Assembly: GCA_051294375.1 (NCBI GenBank)
Contig: JBJCIZ010000282.1
Coordinates: 50,494-114,493 of the forward strand
DNA length: 64,000 nt
DNA from: Paraspadella gotoi
Taxonomy: Eukaryota; Animalia; Chaetognatha
Direction: 5' to 3'
Shown here: positions 47,762 to 60,150 of the stretch, piece after piece
Position numbering within the stretch: the stretch's first letter is position 1
How the letters are laid out: the number at the start of each line of letters is the position of its first letter
Translations under genes and position numbers: made by a program
Notes under the pieces: model-generated
The model's input: the letters and a program-made list of their open reading frames with translations, nothing else
What the model was told of the DNA's origin: nothing
Databases searched by the model: none

Positions 47762-49757
47762 GATGAGAGCCGGACCACCCTACTGCAAACCGTCAACCTT
47801 GGACCCATCCAAAATATAAAAATATAATACCCGGAACACAGGGGACGGCCAAAAGTTTTCAAGGCAGACACCGGACACATCGACACACTCCCAGATGACT
47901 TCATTAATATCCAATTGGGAGCAGAGGCCACCGAAAATCCCACAACGCCACTTGTCCAAACCTCTCACACCATATAGGTCGTGGAAGCTGGCGCCAATCA
48001 AGAGCTCATGATAGATAGCACCCTCGAGGCCGACGTCGATGCCACAGAAGCCGAGGTTGCCATGGAAATCGCTGAACCACAGGAAAAACGGCCTGAACTC
48101 ATCCCGCTCGCCACCAAGATAAAAAAATGGCAAAGTGAGGACGAATCCTTCAAACTAGTTATCGACGCCTTCAAAGAAAGCGACCGCGAAAAGGCGAGGC
48201 AAGATTTAGACAAGAAAATGCAAAAACGCAAAACAATCACTGAAAGATACTTGTAAAATTGCCTAGATGACCTAGACCTCACCAGCAACGATATCCTCAT
48301 CATTAAAGGATTCAAAGCTGACACGCCTACCAAAAAATTCGTCCTACCTCACCCAAAAAGGCGGAAATCATTAACAAAGACGTTTCATGAACGATTTGGA
48401 CATCCAGGCCGCGATCGAACAGCATTCATACCGCTTCAGATATCTCGGCCCCTGGTTATCAGCTCCACAAAGACATAATGAGACGCCGTCAGCCCCAAAC
48501 CTTGCCATCACGCCTTGGGAATCATTAAGCATTGACGTCATGCATCTCCGCCAGTTGCCGATATAGTTATGTATTGGTAGCGTCAGATAACGCATCTGCC
48601 TACACCTGGGCGATCCCATTGCATCGGGCAGACGCAGCCACAATAGTAAAGACCCTCGACGAAAAGATCTTCCTCCAACACGGATCTTACATGGAGGTGA
48701 ATTTCGATGGTGCAACACAGTTAAACGGATCAGCCATGAAATCAATACTCAATCTACTCGATACCGTGGGCAGACGCGTCCTTGTAGGGCGAAAAGAGAG
48801 TAATAGGGCAGAGAGGGACATAGGCCGAAACCGCCAAGCTCTGCACAAAGCTGTGGATGATCAACCCAGCAGATGGCTCGAACAGCTGCCACATTTAATG
48901 CTGCTCCTCAACGCGACTCCTATAGTTGGCTGGAAAACAGATATGTCGCCACATGAAATCCAGTTTGGCCACAGGCCGAGAATAGTAGAAAGCGCAGATG
49001 ATTTCACAAAGAGGAACCTTATCGACTTCATCAGACAAAGGGCCGACAAAGGCAGGAAAAGCCCAAGACACAGCTGCCAGTCAGAGAACAAAACTCTACA
49101 AACAATCGGCCAGAAGGAACCCATAAAGAAACAGGAAGAAATCAAGGTCGGTGATCTGGTCATAGCCAGACAAGATTTAATAATGACTGGGACGGCGACA
49201 ACTGGAAATAAAGTAAAGAGGATATATTCAGGCCTCACAAGGTTATAGAAAGAGACGGAAATCACTATGTCGTCTCTATAGCTGGTCAAAACCTGAAATA
49301 TAACAGACGGCACCTCAAGAAACACGAAAAGAAGCCAGCCGAATAAGGGTAATCCCCTTTCCCATGTAGATACAAAAGACGTACAATAGAAGTAGAATAC
49401 AAAAAAAACACGAGGCGAAAACCAAGGAGAAGCCAGAAAACAAGAGAAACAAAAGACAGCCAAAATGACGCGAGACAGGAGAGAAGAAGAAAGCATCGAC
49501 GGAAGTCCCGTCTCACAAAAAAAAAGCCAAAAAAACATGGAGAAGCGAGAAGAACCAAGAATATAAAAAGGGACCAGAGAGACAAGCAAACTTCATTCGG
49601 GATCTTGCTCTCTCAACATACATCTTCAGAGAAACAAAAAAAATATAAATCTCTCTCTCTCTCTCAAGAAGAAAAGAAGAAACAAACCAGAAGTCTTTTT
49701 AAAGACTAAGCCCAAAAGTCTTTTTCAAGACTATTCTAAAAAGATCAAAAGAGTAAG

Positions 49758-50408
49758 ATGAATTTTGTCGCCATCCTCGCCTGTGCCTCCCTCCTCGTGA
49801 TTGAGAGCTCAGCAGCTACGGAAAAAGGGGATAAACAAACGACAGACGTCATACAAATATACGATTGCAACAAGACTTCAAACCACGAGGCAACTATGCT
49901 CGACCCGCACCACTGCGATAACATCAAACCAGTCGCAGAAGAAATCATGCGTGGCGAGCTAGTTTTTATCCCTGGAAAAGAAGAACACGAAGGAAAAGGT
50001 TGTGATCTCACAATCATGGCCTCCGGAAGCGTGTGTGGATGGTGGTCCATCCAGTATCCAAATCTAAAAGCTGTGGACCATTTTACTCTCAAAAGAATCC
50101 AATGCCTAAACCTCCTCAAGGGAGAAAGCGTCTCCCTGGAAAACATCCCCGTAAGATTGGCAAATCGAACTGGGACAATGGAACCACTAAGGATAAAGGG
50201 AGGAAAATCAGGACTAAATCAAGCTACTTATGAAGTGGGCACAACCGACGCTGACGGTTACTGTACCGGCGAAAAATTAGTTTTTCATGACTATACGTAT
50301 GATGGTGAGCGTGCAACACTCGACATTAACCTTACCCTCTACGAGCAAAAGATCCAGCTGTCAAACCTCAACAACATGCCGAGACAAACCGATTGTGACT
50401 TATCTTAA
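49758..50408 (+). CDS. env: Envelope glycoprotein N-terminus, chuvirus/gB-like (3'-truncated)
   Basis: Signal peptide MNFVAILACASLLVIESSA, IYDC..C..C....CGWWS..C pattern, sequons NKT/NRT/NLT; lies downstream of IN. Confidence 0.75.
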   Translation: MNFVAILACASLLVIESSAATEKGDKQTTDVIQIYDCNKTSNHEATMLDPHHCDNIKPVAEEIMRGELVFIPGKEEHEGKGCDLTIMASGSVCGWWSIQYPNLKAVDHFTLKRIQCLNLLKGESVSLENIPVRLANRTGTMEPLRIKGGKSGLNQATYEVGTTDADGYCTGEKLVFHDYTYDGERATLDINLTLYEQKIQLSNLNNMPRQTDCDLS

Positions 50409-50769
50409 GGCAGTAAATGTAAAAAATCACTCAGATTACTTTTCACTATTACCTGGCGAAAAAAAAGTATTACTTTTTCTTCACCTAAACAATTTCTTAT
50501 GGCTTGATCTTGATTTATCTGAATGAAACATTTGAAAGATTGAAACATAGGGTCAACCTAATTATACCGAAAAGCAAAAAAAAATGTTTCATCGTCATAA
50601 AAAAAGGAAATCGTCAAAGGAAATTCGTTCCAAGCGAAAATCCTTCTCAATCAATGCTTTTTCTCATCTTAAAGATCACTCGATTCCGCCTCCGCGCGTA
50701 TCAAAAGGAGCACCGGTTCTTCTAAATTGCGCTCTCTCTCTCTCTCTCTCTCTTCCCATTTCTGTCTTT

Positions 50770-51050
50770 TTTAACCGGATCTGCTTACAGCAGATTCCGG
50801 CTCTATAATTTACTTAGTCGGTCCGTCGGTCCACTCCCACAATCTTGTCGGTGAGTCACTTAAATCATGTCAAAACGTCGATTTCCATCCATCCGCCTTT
50901 CTGTCTGTCCTTTTGTCTGTCTGTCCATTCGTCCGTCCGTTCCTCCTTAGCTTTGAACGCTTTGAACTCATGAGTGGATGAATTGAAATTTTGTATGTGG
51001 ATAGAAACGTGTGTGATTGAGTTTCGATGAAATAGTCCAAGTCGGAATCA
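50770..51050 (+). mobile_element. Family 1 DINE-like copy (degenerate)
   Basis: ccggatctgcttacagcagattccgg start, (GTCY)n, core. Confidence 0.65.
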
Positions 51051-51253
51051 AATCATTTTATATAAAATGTATATGCAAGCTGTATTATTTCATCAATTAA
51101 TTAATGAATTTATAATTTCATTAATTAAATAATAAATCAATTAATCAGTCAATTAATTTATCAATCAATTAATTTATTATTCCATAAAATAGTTATTTAA
51201 TTAACCAATCAATCATTAAATTAATCATTTGTGGTGTTAAAAAAACAAATTTA

Positions 51254-51612
51254 TCTTGTCTTTTTCTAATATCCTTTCTTCCTCCCTATTCTTTTCCTCT
51301 TGTCTTTTTCTAATATCCTATTCTTCCTACTTTCCTCTTCCTCTTGTCTTTTTCTAATATTCTATTCTTCCTCCCTTTCCTCTTCCTCTTGTCTTTTTCT
51401 AATATCATTTTCTTCCTCCCTTTTCTCTTCCTCTTGTCTTTTTCTAGTATCCTATTCCTCCTACTTTCCTCTTCCTCTTGTCTTTTTCTAATATTCTTTT
51501 CTTCCTCCCTTTACTCTTCCTCTTGTCTTTTTCTAGTATCTTATTCTTCCTCCTTTCCTCTTCCTCTTGTCTTTTTCTAATATTCTTTTCTTCCTCCCTT
51601 TACTCTTCTTCT
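51254..51612. repeat. ~41-44 bp pyrimidine-rich minisatellite
   Basis: About 8 units of tcttgtctttttctaatat..ttcttcctccc..tcctcttcc. Confidence 0.9.
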
Positions 51613-52154
51613 TTCCAATAGATTCCACTCCTGACCCGAGTCTCTGAACCGAGTTTGATTACTTTTCTTATTCTCGTTTGACCATCTCTCTTTCTTTCTT
51701 TTTCTTTATTGCACTCTCTCTCCCTCTCCCTCTCCTTCCCGCTATCTCTCTCGCTCTTATTCACCACGATTGAGTTTTTTCGGCATTGACTGCTTCTTCG
51801 GCCAAAGTCAAAGACGTCAAAAATGACGACGACGACGACGACGACGACGAGAATGAAAATGACCGATTTAAAACGAGAGGCCTTTATAAAAGTCGGGAGA
51901 TTAAAAAGAAGAGAAAGAATAAGCGAAAGAGGGAGGGAGGGAAAAGTTGAGATAAGAATATTAATAATTTAAAAAGAGTAGTTTTTTTTATATTGCCACG
52001 ACATTTCAATTCCGGAAGGAAGCACCATTTTTGGTATAAATATATTTTTAACTATGCTTTACAAGAATATAAGCATTAAAAATCAATATTCGGACGGCGA
52101 CCCTTTATTTGATGGTCTTCAAGTGGCTCGTCAACTTGCTCAATGGAGCCGCAT

Positions 52155-52585
52155 GTTTTTAGTCGGATCTGCTTATCAGCAGATCCCGACTCTATAACTC
52201 ACTTTGTCGGTCCGTCGGTCCGCCCCCTCAATATTGTCGGGCACACACTTATATCATGTCAGAACATCGAATTATGATAAATTATGCAGTTTGAGTTTAG
52301 TTTTGACAACGATTTTATTTAATTCAAAAACAGACATGTTTCGGCTTCATTTCAAGCCTTCATCAGGCTTTGCCCGCCTGGCTCGATAATAGAGGATATT
52401 TGTTTGTTTTGATAAAATGTAAACAAAACATTTAATAACTGTCCTGACTCAATTTTAAGGACATCGATGATGACAAGCTGAATATAAATTATAATTAATT
52501 ATTAAAATTAATTAATTAATTAATTAATCCATTAATTAATTAATTATCGTAGGCAGATCCGACATTGTTTGCTCTAACTTGTTTT
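52155..52585 (+). mobile_element. Short family 1 DINE-like element containing a PLE hammerhead fragment
   Basis: Both termini present (gtcggatctgc...gcagatccgac plus stem-loop). Confidence 0.8.
52330..52368 (-). ncRNA. Minimal hammerhead motif, intact core
   Basis: CUGAUGA-A-GGCUU/AAGCC-GAAAC-AUGUC; stem I weak. Confidence 0.7.
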
Positions 52586-52904
52586 AACCAATAAACCTCT
52601 CTCTCTCTTTCTCTCTTTCTCTCTCTCTCTCTTTTTTTTTCAAAAAAAAACAATATTCACTTTTTTTTTACCACCGTCACAAGGCGACGAGTAAACGAGT
52701 TCCGGCTTTCTCTCTCTCTCCCTCTCTCTCTCTATCTCTTTTTTTTTCAAAAATAAGTTTTTTTTCACCACCGTCACTAGGCGACGAGTAAACGATTAAA
52801 CGAGTTCCGGTTCTCTTTCTCTCTCTCTCTCTATCTTTTTCTCTCTCTCTCTCTTTCTTTCTCTCTATCTCTTTTTTTTACAAAATTTTTTTTTCACCAC
52901 CGTC

Positions 52905-53790
52905 ACTAGGCGACTTAGCCATGACGCCCTCGCCATTTGGCGGTTTAGCGAGCTGTGAACAACATCTAGCGTTCTAGTTATGGCGATTTCGCCGTAAACT
53001 CAGATTGGGTTAGGGTTAGGGTTGAGTTGGTGTTGAGGGTTAGGGTTTGAGTAGTAGTAGTTAGGGTTAGGGTTGAGTAGTTTAGGGTGTGGGTTGAGTA
53101 GTTTTAGGTTAGGTAGGGTTGAGTTAAGTTAGTTTATTTTAGGCTTATTATTAATGTCAATTTTAGGGATAGGGGTAGGGAGGGTGTTGTTGATGACCAA
53201 GAGGCCCGCGTTTGAGGTTAGGGTTGAGCACGGAGATGTACGGAGGCCTGGGCCCCGGTTTAGGGTTAGGTTTGGGAGAGAGGCCCGTGGGTTATATATC
53301 GAGGCAATTAGGGTTAGGGTTGAGGTACGGAGATGTACGGGAGGCCTGGGCCCGGTTTAGGGTTAGGGTTGGGAGAGAGGTCCGTGGGTTTATATATCGA
53401 AGGCAATTAGGGTTAGGGTTGAGGTAACGGAGATGTACGGGAGGCCGGCGACCTGGTTTAGGGTTAGGGAGAGGCATGGAGTGACGGTGAGCTTGGTTTA
53501 GGTTAGGGTTGCGGAGGGACCCATGGTTGATGCATCGAAGGCGGTTAGGGTTAGGGTTGAAGGCACGGAGATGGGTTAGGGTTAGGGAGAGGCACAGAGT
53601 TGAAACGGAAGGCTTGGTTTAGGGTTAGGGTTGGGGGAGGGGCCCGTGGTTGATGCATCAAAGGCGGTTAGGGTTAGGGTTTGAAGCATGGAGATGTACG
53701 GGAGCCCAGGCCCGGGTTAAGTTAGGGGGAGAGGACAGAGTTGAACGGGCAGGTTTGGTTTAGGTTAGGGTTGGAGAGGAGCCTGAAGTG
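52905..53790 (+). repeat. Interstitial TTAGGG-rich repeat element (copy 2)
   Basis: Same unique leader ctagcgttctagttatggcgatttc and spacer order as 2750-3650. Confidence 0.85.
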
Positions 53791-55118
53791 ATGCTCATCA
53801 TGGGCTTAAAATATTAGTAATAACAAATTGAAATTGATAGTTGATAACGAATTATAACAATAAAAATAAATATAAGCAAAATATTTTGATCAGATAATTG
53901 CCTATATTGTTATTAGGAAAAATCATTTATCTCTCTCTTTTTTTTTNNNNNNNNNNNNNNNNNNNNNNNNNNNNNNNNNNNNNNNNNNNNNNNNNNNNNN
54001 NNNNNNNNNNNNNNNNNNNNNNNNNNNNNNNNNNNNNNNNNNNNNNTAAAAATTATTTTTCCTGTCTGATTTTCAGGAGAAGCAGATCTCTGCAATTTTC
54101 TTGGACAGAATCGAAAGGGCTTGAGGCGATCGTTCCGTTATGGTACTGGTGGAAAACCCTCATGCCGTTCCGACCCCGCCGGAAACCATCGCGTGTCCAT
54201 AACTCGAAGCGTTTTAAATTTTAAAAAAATACTTGACTGTGATTGTGTTCTTACGGGGGGAAATTTGTCGTTCTTCTTCTAATTATTAATCTCAACAAAA
54301 CAAACAACACAAAAGGAGGGAACAGGGGAAACAGGAGAGATTATACCAATGCCATTTAAATTTATAAAATTCGATGTCCTACCTTCTTGACATGTATATA
54401 ACTCGACGTGCATTGCCCCGACAATATGAGTGGCCGCTGTCGCGCCGTAGGGTGTTGCGGACCTCGAAGTGACCATCACCCGCCACGGCCTGTCCGGGAG
54501 CGCCGCACCGCCTGGCACCGACCCAAAACAGGTGTGAATTATTATAGAGTCGGAGTTGTCGAGTATCTGCTGATAAGCACGGATGCCGCCGACTTTAAAA
54601 AACCAAGTTTTATTTCTATAGTTTAGATCAAAATACACTATATACAATTATGCGTATCGTTAATTCAGTTTTCGAGCGTTCATTTCCGGTTCTGGACCCA
54701 CGCCCACTTATGGGTTGTAAGAAACCTTCTTTGTCTGCTTTGTGTATTCGTGCTTTTTTTTTTTAAAACAAAAAAAAAAAATTCTTAAGGTTTAAAACTA
54801 ATTAAATAATCAAGAATAACTTAAAATTTAACGGCAATTATTATTTTATAAAAACTATTTTCTTATCTTGCAATTAAAGAGAAAACGAGAGGGGGCGTGC
54901 GGCCTGAAAAATTCCATTTTCTGTAGTCAACGTCACTTCCGGATCAATTGTGCGCTAGGGTGGCTGTCTAACGCCAAAATCTGAATGAGGACACAGCCTT
55001 GTTTAATCGGTAAGCACTTAAAATTATACTAGAAACTGTACAGGGATTGTTGAAAATTTTCCGACTGCATAGCGTAACAGGTTTTAAGGTCAACAAGATT
55101 ATTATTGGAATAAGTCGC

Positions 55119-55164
55119 TCGCGACAAGTTTCAACTCTTTATTTAAAGAGTCTTCTTCAGCGAT
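55119..55164 (-). ncRNA. Minimal hammerhead motif
   Basis: CUGAAGA-A-GACUCUUU/AAAGAGUU-GAAAC-UUGUC; stem I UCG/CGA offset by one nt. Confidence 0.65.
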
Positions 55165-55204
55165 CTTTAACAATCAACAATTTTCTCTCTTTAACATTTG
55201 CTTT

Positions 55205-55235
<31 letters not shown>

Positions 55236-55592
55236 TGAGAGGAGGGAGATTCCAACAAAGAATTTAGAAAGGACAGTGGTCAGATGTGAGGACAGGTGAA
55301 GGTAAGGACAGGGAAGAAGATAAGATTGGTTGAAACTTGAAAGGTGAAAAATTGAGAGAGAGAGAGAGAGAGAAGCAACAGAGGCAGAGAAAATAATTAC
55401 ATTTAGCAATGTACAACAGAATAATAAATGGAAAAAACTTAATACTAAACTAGTAATAACAAAAAGAAATTAATAATTTAGTTAACTATTAAGAATGAAA
55501 TGTGAAAGGGAAAAATAAGTTGTTAGGGATAGATAAGTGAAGATGTTAGTGAAAGTAAGAGCTCTTTTCTTTATCTTACTTTCACTAACATC

Positions 55593-55637
55593 TTCACTGA
55601 TGAAGGCTCTAAGTGAAAGAGCCGAAACATGTCTGAC
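55593..55637 (+). ncRNA. Minimal type I hammerhead ribozyme, intact
   Basis: UCA-CUGAUGA-A-GGCUCU/AGAGCC-GAAAC-AUGUC-UGA; predicted cleavage after 55633; AATAAA follows. Confidence 0.8.
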
Positions 55638-56139
55638 TAAACTGTCAAATAAATCGTCAAACAAAACTGTTTTTCCTAATACCTCAAAAAACAACGAAAA
55701 GAGAATATATACATAATGTCATATTAAAGCCATAATTATGGGGCATCTTTTCCAAGAAATTGGTACTACCAATATAAAGAATTATCCATTAATTTAATAA
55801 ATAAGCTATCTTGCCTCTGACTTTTTAACAGGCTTTGGTGGTTTAAGGCCTCCATCACTCTTACAAGATATATAAGATATATATATACTTAGATATATAA
55901 TTTTTCTCAAACGTTTCAAAGGATTTTTCTTTATNNNNNNNNNNNNNNNNNNNNNNNNNGTTCTGTTATTGAATCTTAGTCAAAAGTATAACAACTTTTG
56001 AAATTAAATTAAACATACCTGGCCGTATTTAAAAAAAAAAAAATCTGAAAGAGAAAAGATTGAATTATGTTTCTGATGTAAACCAAAATTTTCTATTACC
56101 TCAAACGTTTATAAATTACTAAGATAATAAAATTATCAA

Positions 56140-56462
56140 GGCTTCTTTGTGCCGTAGTCGTCGTTCGTCGTCGTCTCGTCACGCTTTTTAACCATCATGG
56201 CTATTGAAAGTGTGATACATAGGGAGTTGAAATTTAGATATGCTTCTAATCATCAAGATCCTTGAAAATTGTTCATGTTTCAATCAATATTCATATTTGT
56301 TTAATGTTTTATTCACAAACAAAAATGTTTTAATTATATTGTCGCTCTTTTTTCTCTCTTTTTTAATTATAGTCTCTCTCTCTCTCTCTCTCTCTTTTCT
56401 CCATCACTGCTTCTTCTGATTTGTCTAAAAACGAGTTCTGGCTCTGCAGCGTTGTTCCAGCT

Positions 56463-56505
<43 letters not shown>

Positions 56506-57652
56506 TCTACTCATCATCTCTTCACATCAAAATTCATTTAAAAAACTACGGTTTATATAGTTTGTTGACGTTTACAGTTTTTTTTTAAATAAAAACTAAT
56601 ATGATTACAATGAATTTTTATAAAAGTGTGCGATAATAGTAAGTTAAAATTTAGATATGGCTTCTCATCTTGAAATAGCTATGAAATTTATATTACATTT
56701 GGTATTCAAGTATTTTTGTTGAATTTCCACTTCATTATGATTTACTGCAATATGCAAAATTATTATAGTACTCATTATAATATCCAAATTAGTATATAGA
56801 ATAACTTTATTCTATACATACATATTGCAGTAAATAATATGAAGATGAAATTCATAAAAATATTTGAATCAATAAAAAACATTGTTGATTTCTAAGAACC
56901 ATTTTAATGAGATAAGCTATATCTTAATTTATACAAATAAAAAAAAAACTTTTACAACTTATGATTGAAAAATGTAACAAATTCCTATTGTGAAACAAAT
57001 GTAACTTTTTTTGCTTTATTTTATTTTTTTAAATTATATTTTTTCTTTCTTTTTTTGTTTAATTTTAATAGTTTTAGTTTTACTTGTTTACTGTTCTATA
57101 GTCTTTACACTGATTACTGTTTCTGATTTTTGCTTTCAAATACTGTTTTTGCGTGTGGGTATTAATTAAAAAAAAAGCTTCTTTGTGCCGTAGTCGTCGT
57201 CGTCGTCGTCGTCGTCACGCTTTTTAACCATCATGGCTATTGAAAGTGTGATATCATAGGGAGTTGAANNNNNNNNNNNNNNNNNNNNNNNNNNNNNNNN
57301 NNNNNNNNNNNNNNNNNNNNNNNNNNNNNNNNNNNNNNNNNNNNNNNNNNNNNNNNNNNNNNNNNNNNNNNNNNNNNNNNNNNNNNNNNNNNNNNNNNNN
57401 NNNNNNNNNNNNNNNNNNNNNNNNNNNNNNNNNNNNNNNNNNNNNNNNNNNNNNNNNNNNNNNNNNNNNNNNNNNNNNNNNNNNNNNNNNNNNNNNNNNN
57501 NNNNNNNNNNNNNNNNNNNNNNNNNNNNNNNNNNNNNNNNNNNNNNNNNNNNNNNNNNNNNNNNNNNNNNNNNNNNNNNNNNNNNNNNNNNNNNNNNNNN
57601 NNNNNNNNNNNNNNNNNNNNNNNNNNNNNNNNNNNNNNNNNNNNNNNNTCTT

Positions 57653-57688
<36 letters not shown>

Positions 57689-59350
57689 ACTTCATTATAT
57701 AAAAACTACTACGGTTTATATAGNNNNNNNNNNGAATACTTTATTCTAATGTACATATTGCAGTAAATAATATTGAAGATGAAATTCATAANNNNNNNNN
57801 NNNNNNNNNNNNNNNNAGAGAGAGAAGAGAGAGAGAGTGCAGTCTTCTTGATACACAAGAGGTATAGAGCATAGAGAGGAGTTGAAAAATTTAGAAGGAG
57901 CATGTAGAGATATATAGAAGAGAGATAATAGAGAGAGAAAGAGAGATGTGAGATGAGATGCGATATCGAGAAGAGATAGAAGTACGCCGAGTGAGAGGTA
58001 GAGAGTTTGTATAGAATGACCGAGAAGAGAAACAAGAATATATATTACTTACATATCTAGGAGGAATGATACAGAGGATAGAATATATTATTTATGTATT
58101 ATGTTTTATTTGTATATATATAATATTTTTATTAATTTCTCATTACATATAATCATCATATTATCTTAGAGTATTATATTATCTCCGAGCTTATTTTTAG
58201 GTAGAGAAGAGTGTCGAGGATATGATAGAGTTCGGTAGGAGAAAAGATAGGTCTGGTCCGAGCTTCTCTTTTTCTCTGCTCTCACTCCGATTCAGCTCGA
58301 TCCCTGCGATTTTCTTCAACTCTCGTCAATCTGGAACTTTTACTTAATTGACAAGACTTCATTTATATCAGTATACGTCGGTCTTTAATATAATACGACA
58401 ATAAGTCACGTGGAGATCGTAGGCCAAAACGGAGATGAACAGAGATGAAGATAATTCTCTAGATTCGTACGATCGTCTCAGCAATAGAAAGATTTTTCAT
58501 ATAGGTTATATAACTCGGTTTCATCCATCACTTGTTGACGTTGTACAGTTTTTTTATAAATAAACACTAAATAATGATGTTAACAAGAATTTTATAAAAT
58601 GTTGGATGTGGTGCCGATAAAATAGTGAAGTAAAATAATTAAAAAATTTAGATATGGCTCTCATCTTGAAATAAGCTATGAATTTTTATAGTAACATTAT
58701 TCCAAGTAGTATTTTGTTAGAATTTCCAACTTCATATATGATGTACTGCAATATCAAAATTAGCTTAAGTACTAGCAATTATAAGTAATTCCAAATTAGT
58801 ATATAGGAAAACTTTATTCATACATACATCATTGCAGTAAAATAATATGAAGAATGAAATTCATAAAAAATATTTGAATCAAAAAAACACTGTGATTTAT
58901 CTAAAGACTTTTTAATGATAAGCTATATCTTAATTTTAATACAAATAAAAAAAAACTTTTACAACTTATGATTGAAAAAAATGTAACAAATTCCTATTGT
59001 AAACAAATGTAACTTTTTTGGCTTTATTTTATTTTTTTAAATTATATTTATTTTTCTTTCTTTTTTTGTTTAATTTTAATAGTTTAGTTTTTACTTGTTT
59101 ACTGTTCTATAGTCTTTTACACTGATACTGTTTCTGATTTTGTCAATACTGTTTTTGGTATTAATTAAAAAAAAATTGTCAGGCGTTGCCGTTCCTGAAT
59201 CATTTAAAAACGAGTTCAGGTTCTGCAGCGACTGTACAGCGGCTGTCCAGCGGCTGTCCAGCTTCTGTCTCTCTCTCTCCGTCTCTCTCTTTTTCTCTCT
59301 CTCTGTCTCTCTCTTTTTCTGTCTCTCTCTCGCGTCTCGTTGGCGTTGTA
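56140..59350 (+). mobile_element. Tandem/duplicated family 2 DINE-like copies, gap-riddled
   Basis: gcttctttgtgccgtagtcgtcg..gtcacgc at 56141 and 57177; aatttagatatggc..tcatcttgaaa blocks match 7880-8330. Confidence 0.7.
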
Positions 59351-59834
59351 AATAAAGTTTGATCGTCTTGACCTAGATCGTCTTCCCCGGGGGAGGTGCT
59401 GGGGCGGCCCCACGGGGTGGCTCCTCGGGGCGGCCCCGAGGGGCAGGCAAAATCTTACCACTTAGGGACGACCCTCTGTGGCCTCTTTTTTTGGGCCCCA
59501 AGGGGCCTCTCCAGGGGAATCCCCAGGGGTTAGAAAAACCTTTCCCCTCAGGGCCACCCACTGGGGGGATGAATTTGCCTGCCCCCCAGAATGGCTCTCT
59601 CTCTCTCCTATCTCTCTCTCCCTCTCCTCTCTCTCTCCTCTCTTTCCTCTCTGTCTCTTTCTCTCTCTATCTCTTTTCTTTTTTATCTTTCATTAAAATA
59701 AAATATAATATTAATAATAATTAATAATTAATAATTAATAATAATAATATATAATTAATATAAATGTATAAAATAGGAATAATATTTATTACTTCAATTA
59801 ATCAATCAATAAACCAGTTGCTGCAACAATACCA

Positions 59835-60150
59835 ACTTTCATATTTTGGTAAACTTTCATAATTTGGTAAACTTTCATAATTTGGTAAACTTTCATAATT
59901 TGGTAAACTTTCATAATTTGGTAAACTTTCATAATTAAATCAACTTGCATAATTCAATCAACTTGCATAATTTGTTCAACTTGCATAATTTGGTCAACTT
60001 GCATAATTTGGTCAACTTGCATAATTTGGTCAACTGGCATAATTTGTTCAACTGGCATAATTTGGTCAACTTGCATAATTTAGTTAACTAATATAATTTG
60101 GTCAACTGGCATAATATGGTCTACTGCATAATTTTGTAAACTTTGTCATA
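59835..60150 (-). repeat. 18-bp minisatellite (reverse complement of the 43030 array)
   Basis: ttggtaaactttcataat / ttggtcaacttgcataat units. Confidence 0.9.

Larger units (their letters stand above)
43838..50408 (+). mobile_element. Decayed Ty3/Gypsy element with OTU-like domain and env (copy B); LTRs missing
   Basis: tRNA-Leu-like PBS TGGTGACAGGAGTGGATTCGA at 43838; gag pieces; RT (DL.AVN, SVD..FHQ, LPMG, VYVDD ~46421); RH; IN; env N-terminus. Confidence 0.9.

Noticed and set aside
54451-54531. Possible host exon (AG..GT bounded, GVADLEVTITRH..); similar candidate at 40170-40341 (-)
   Set aside because: Short, no recognisable homology, no supportable gene model without RNA-seq
55780-55900. 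LINE RT C-terminal GGL motif on the minus strand
   Set aside because: Only a few matching residues next to a gap; insufficient
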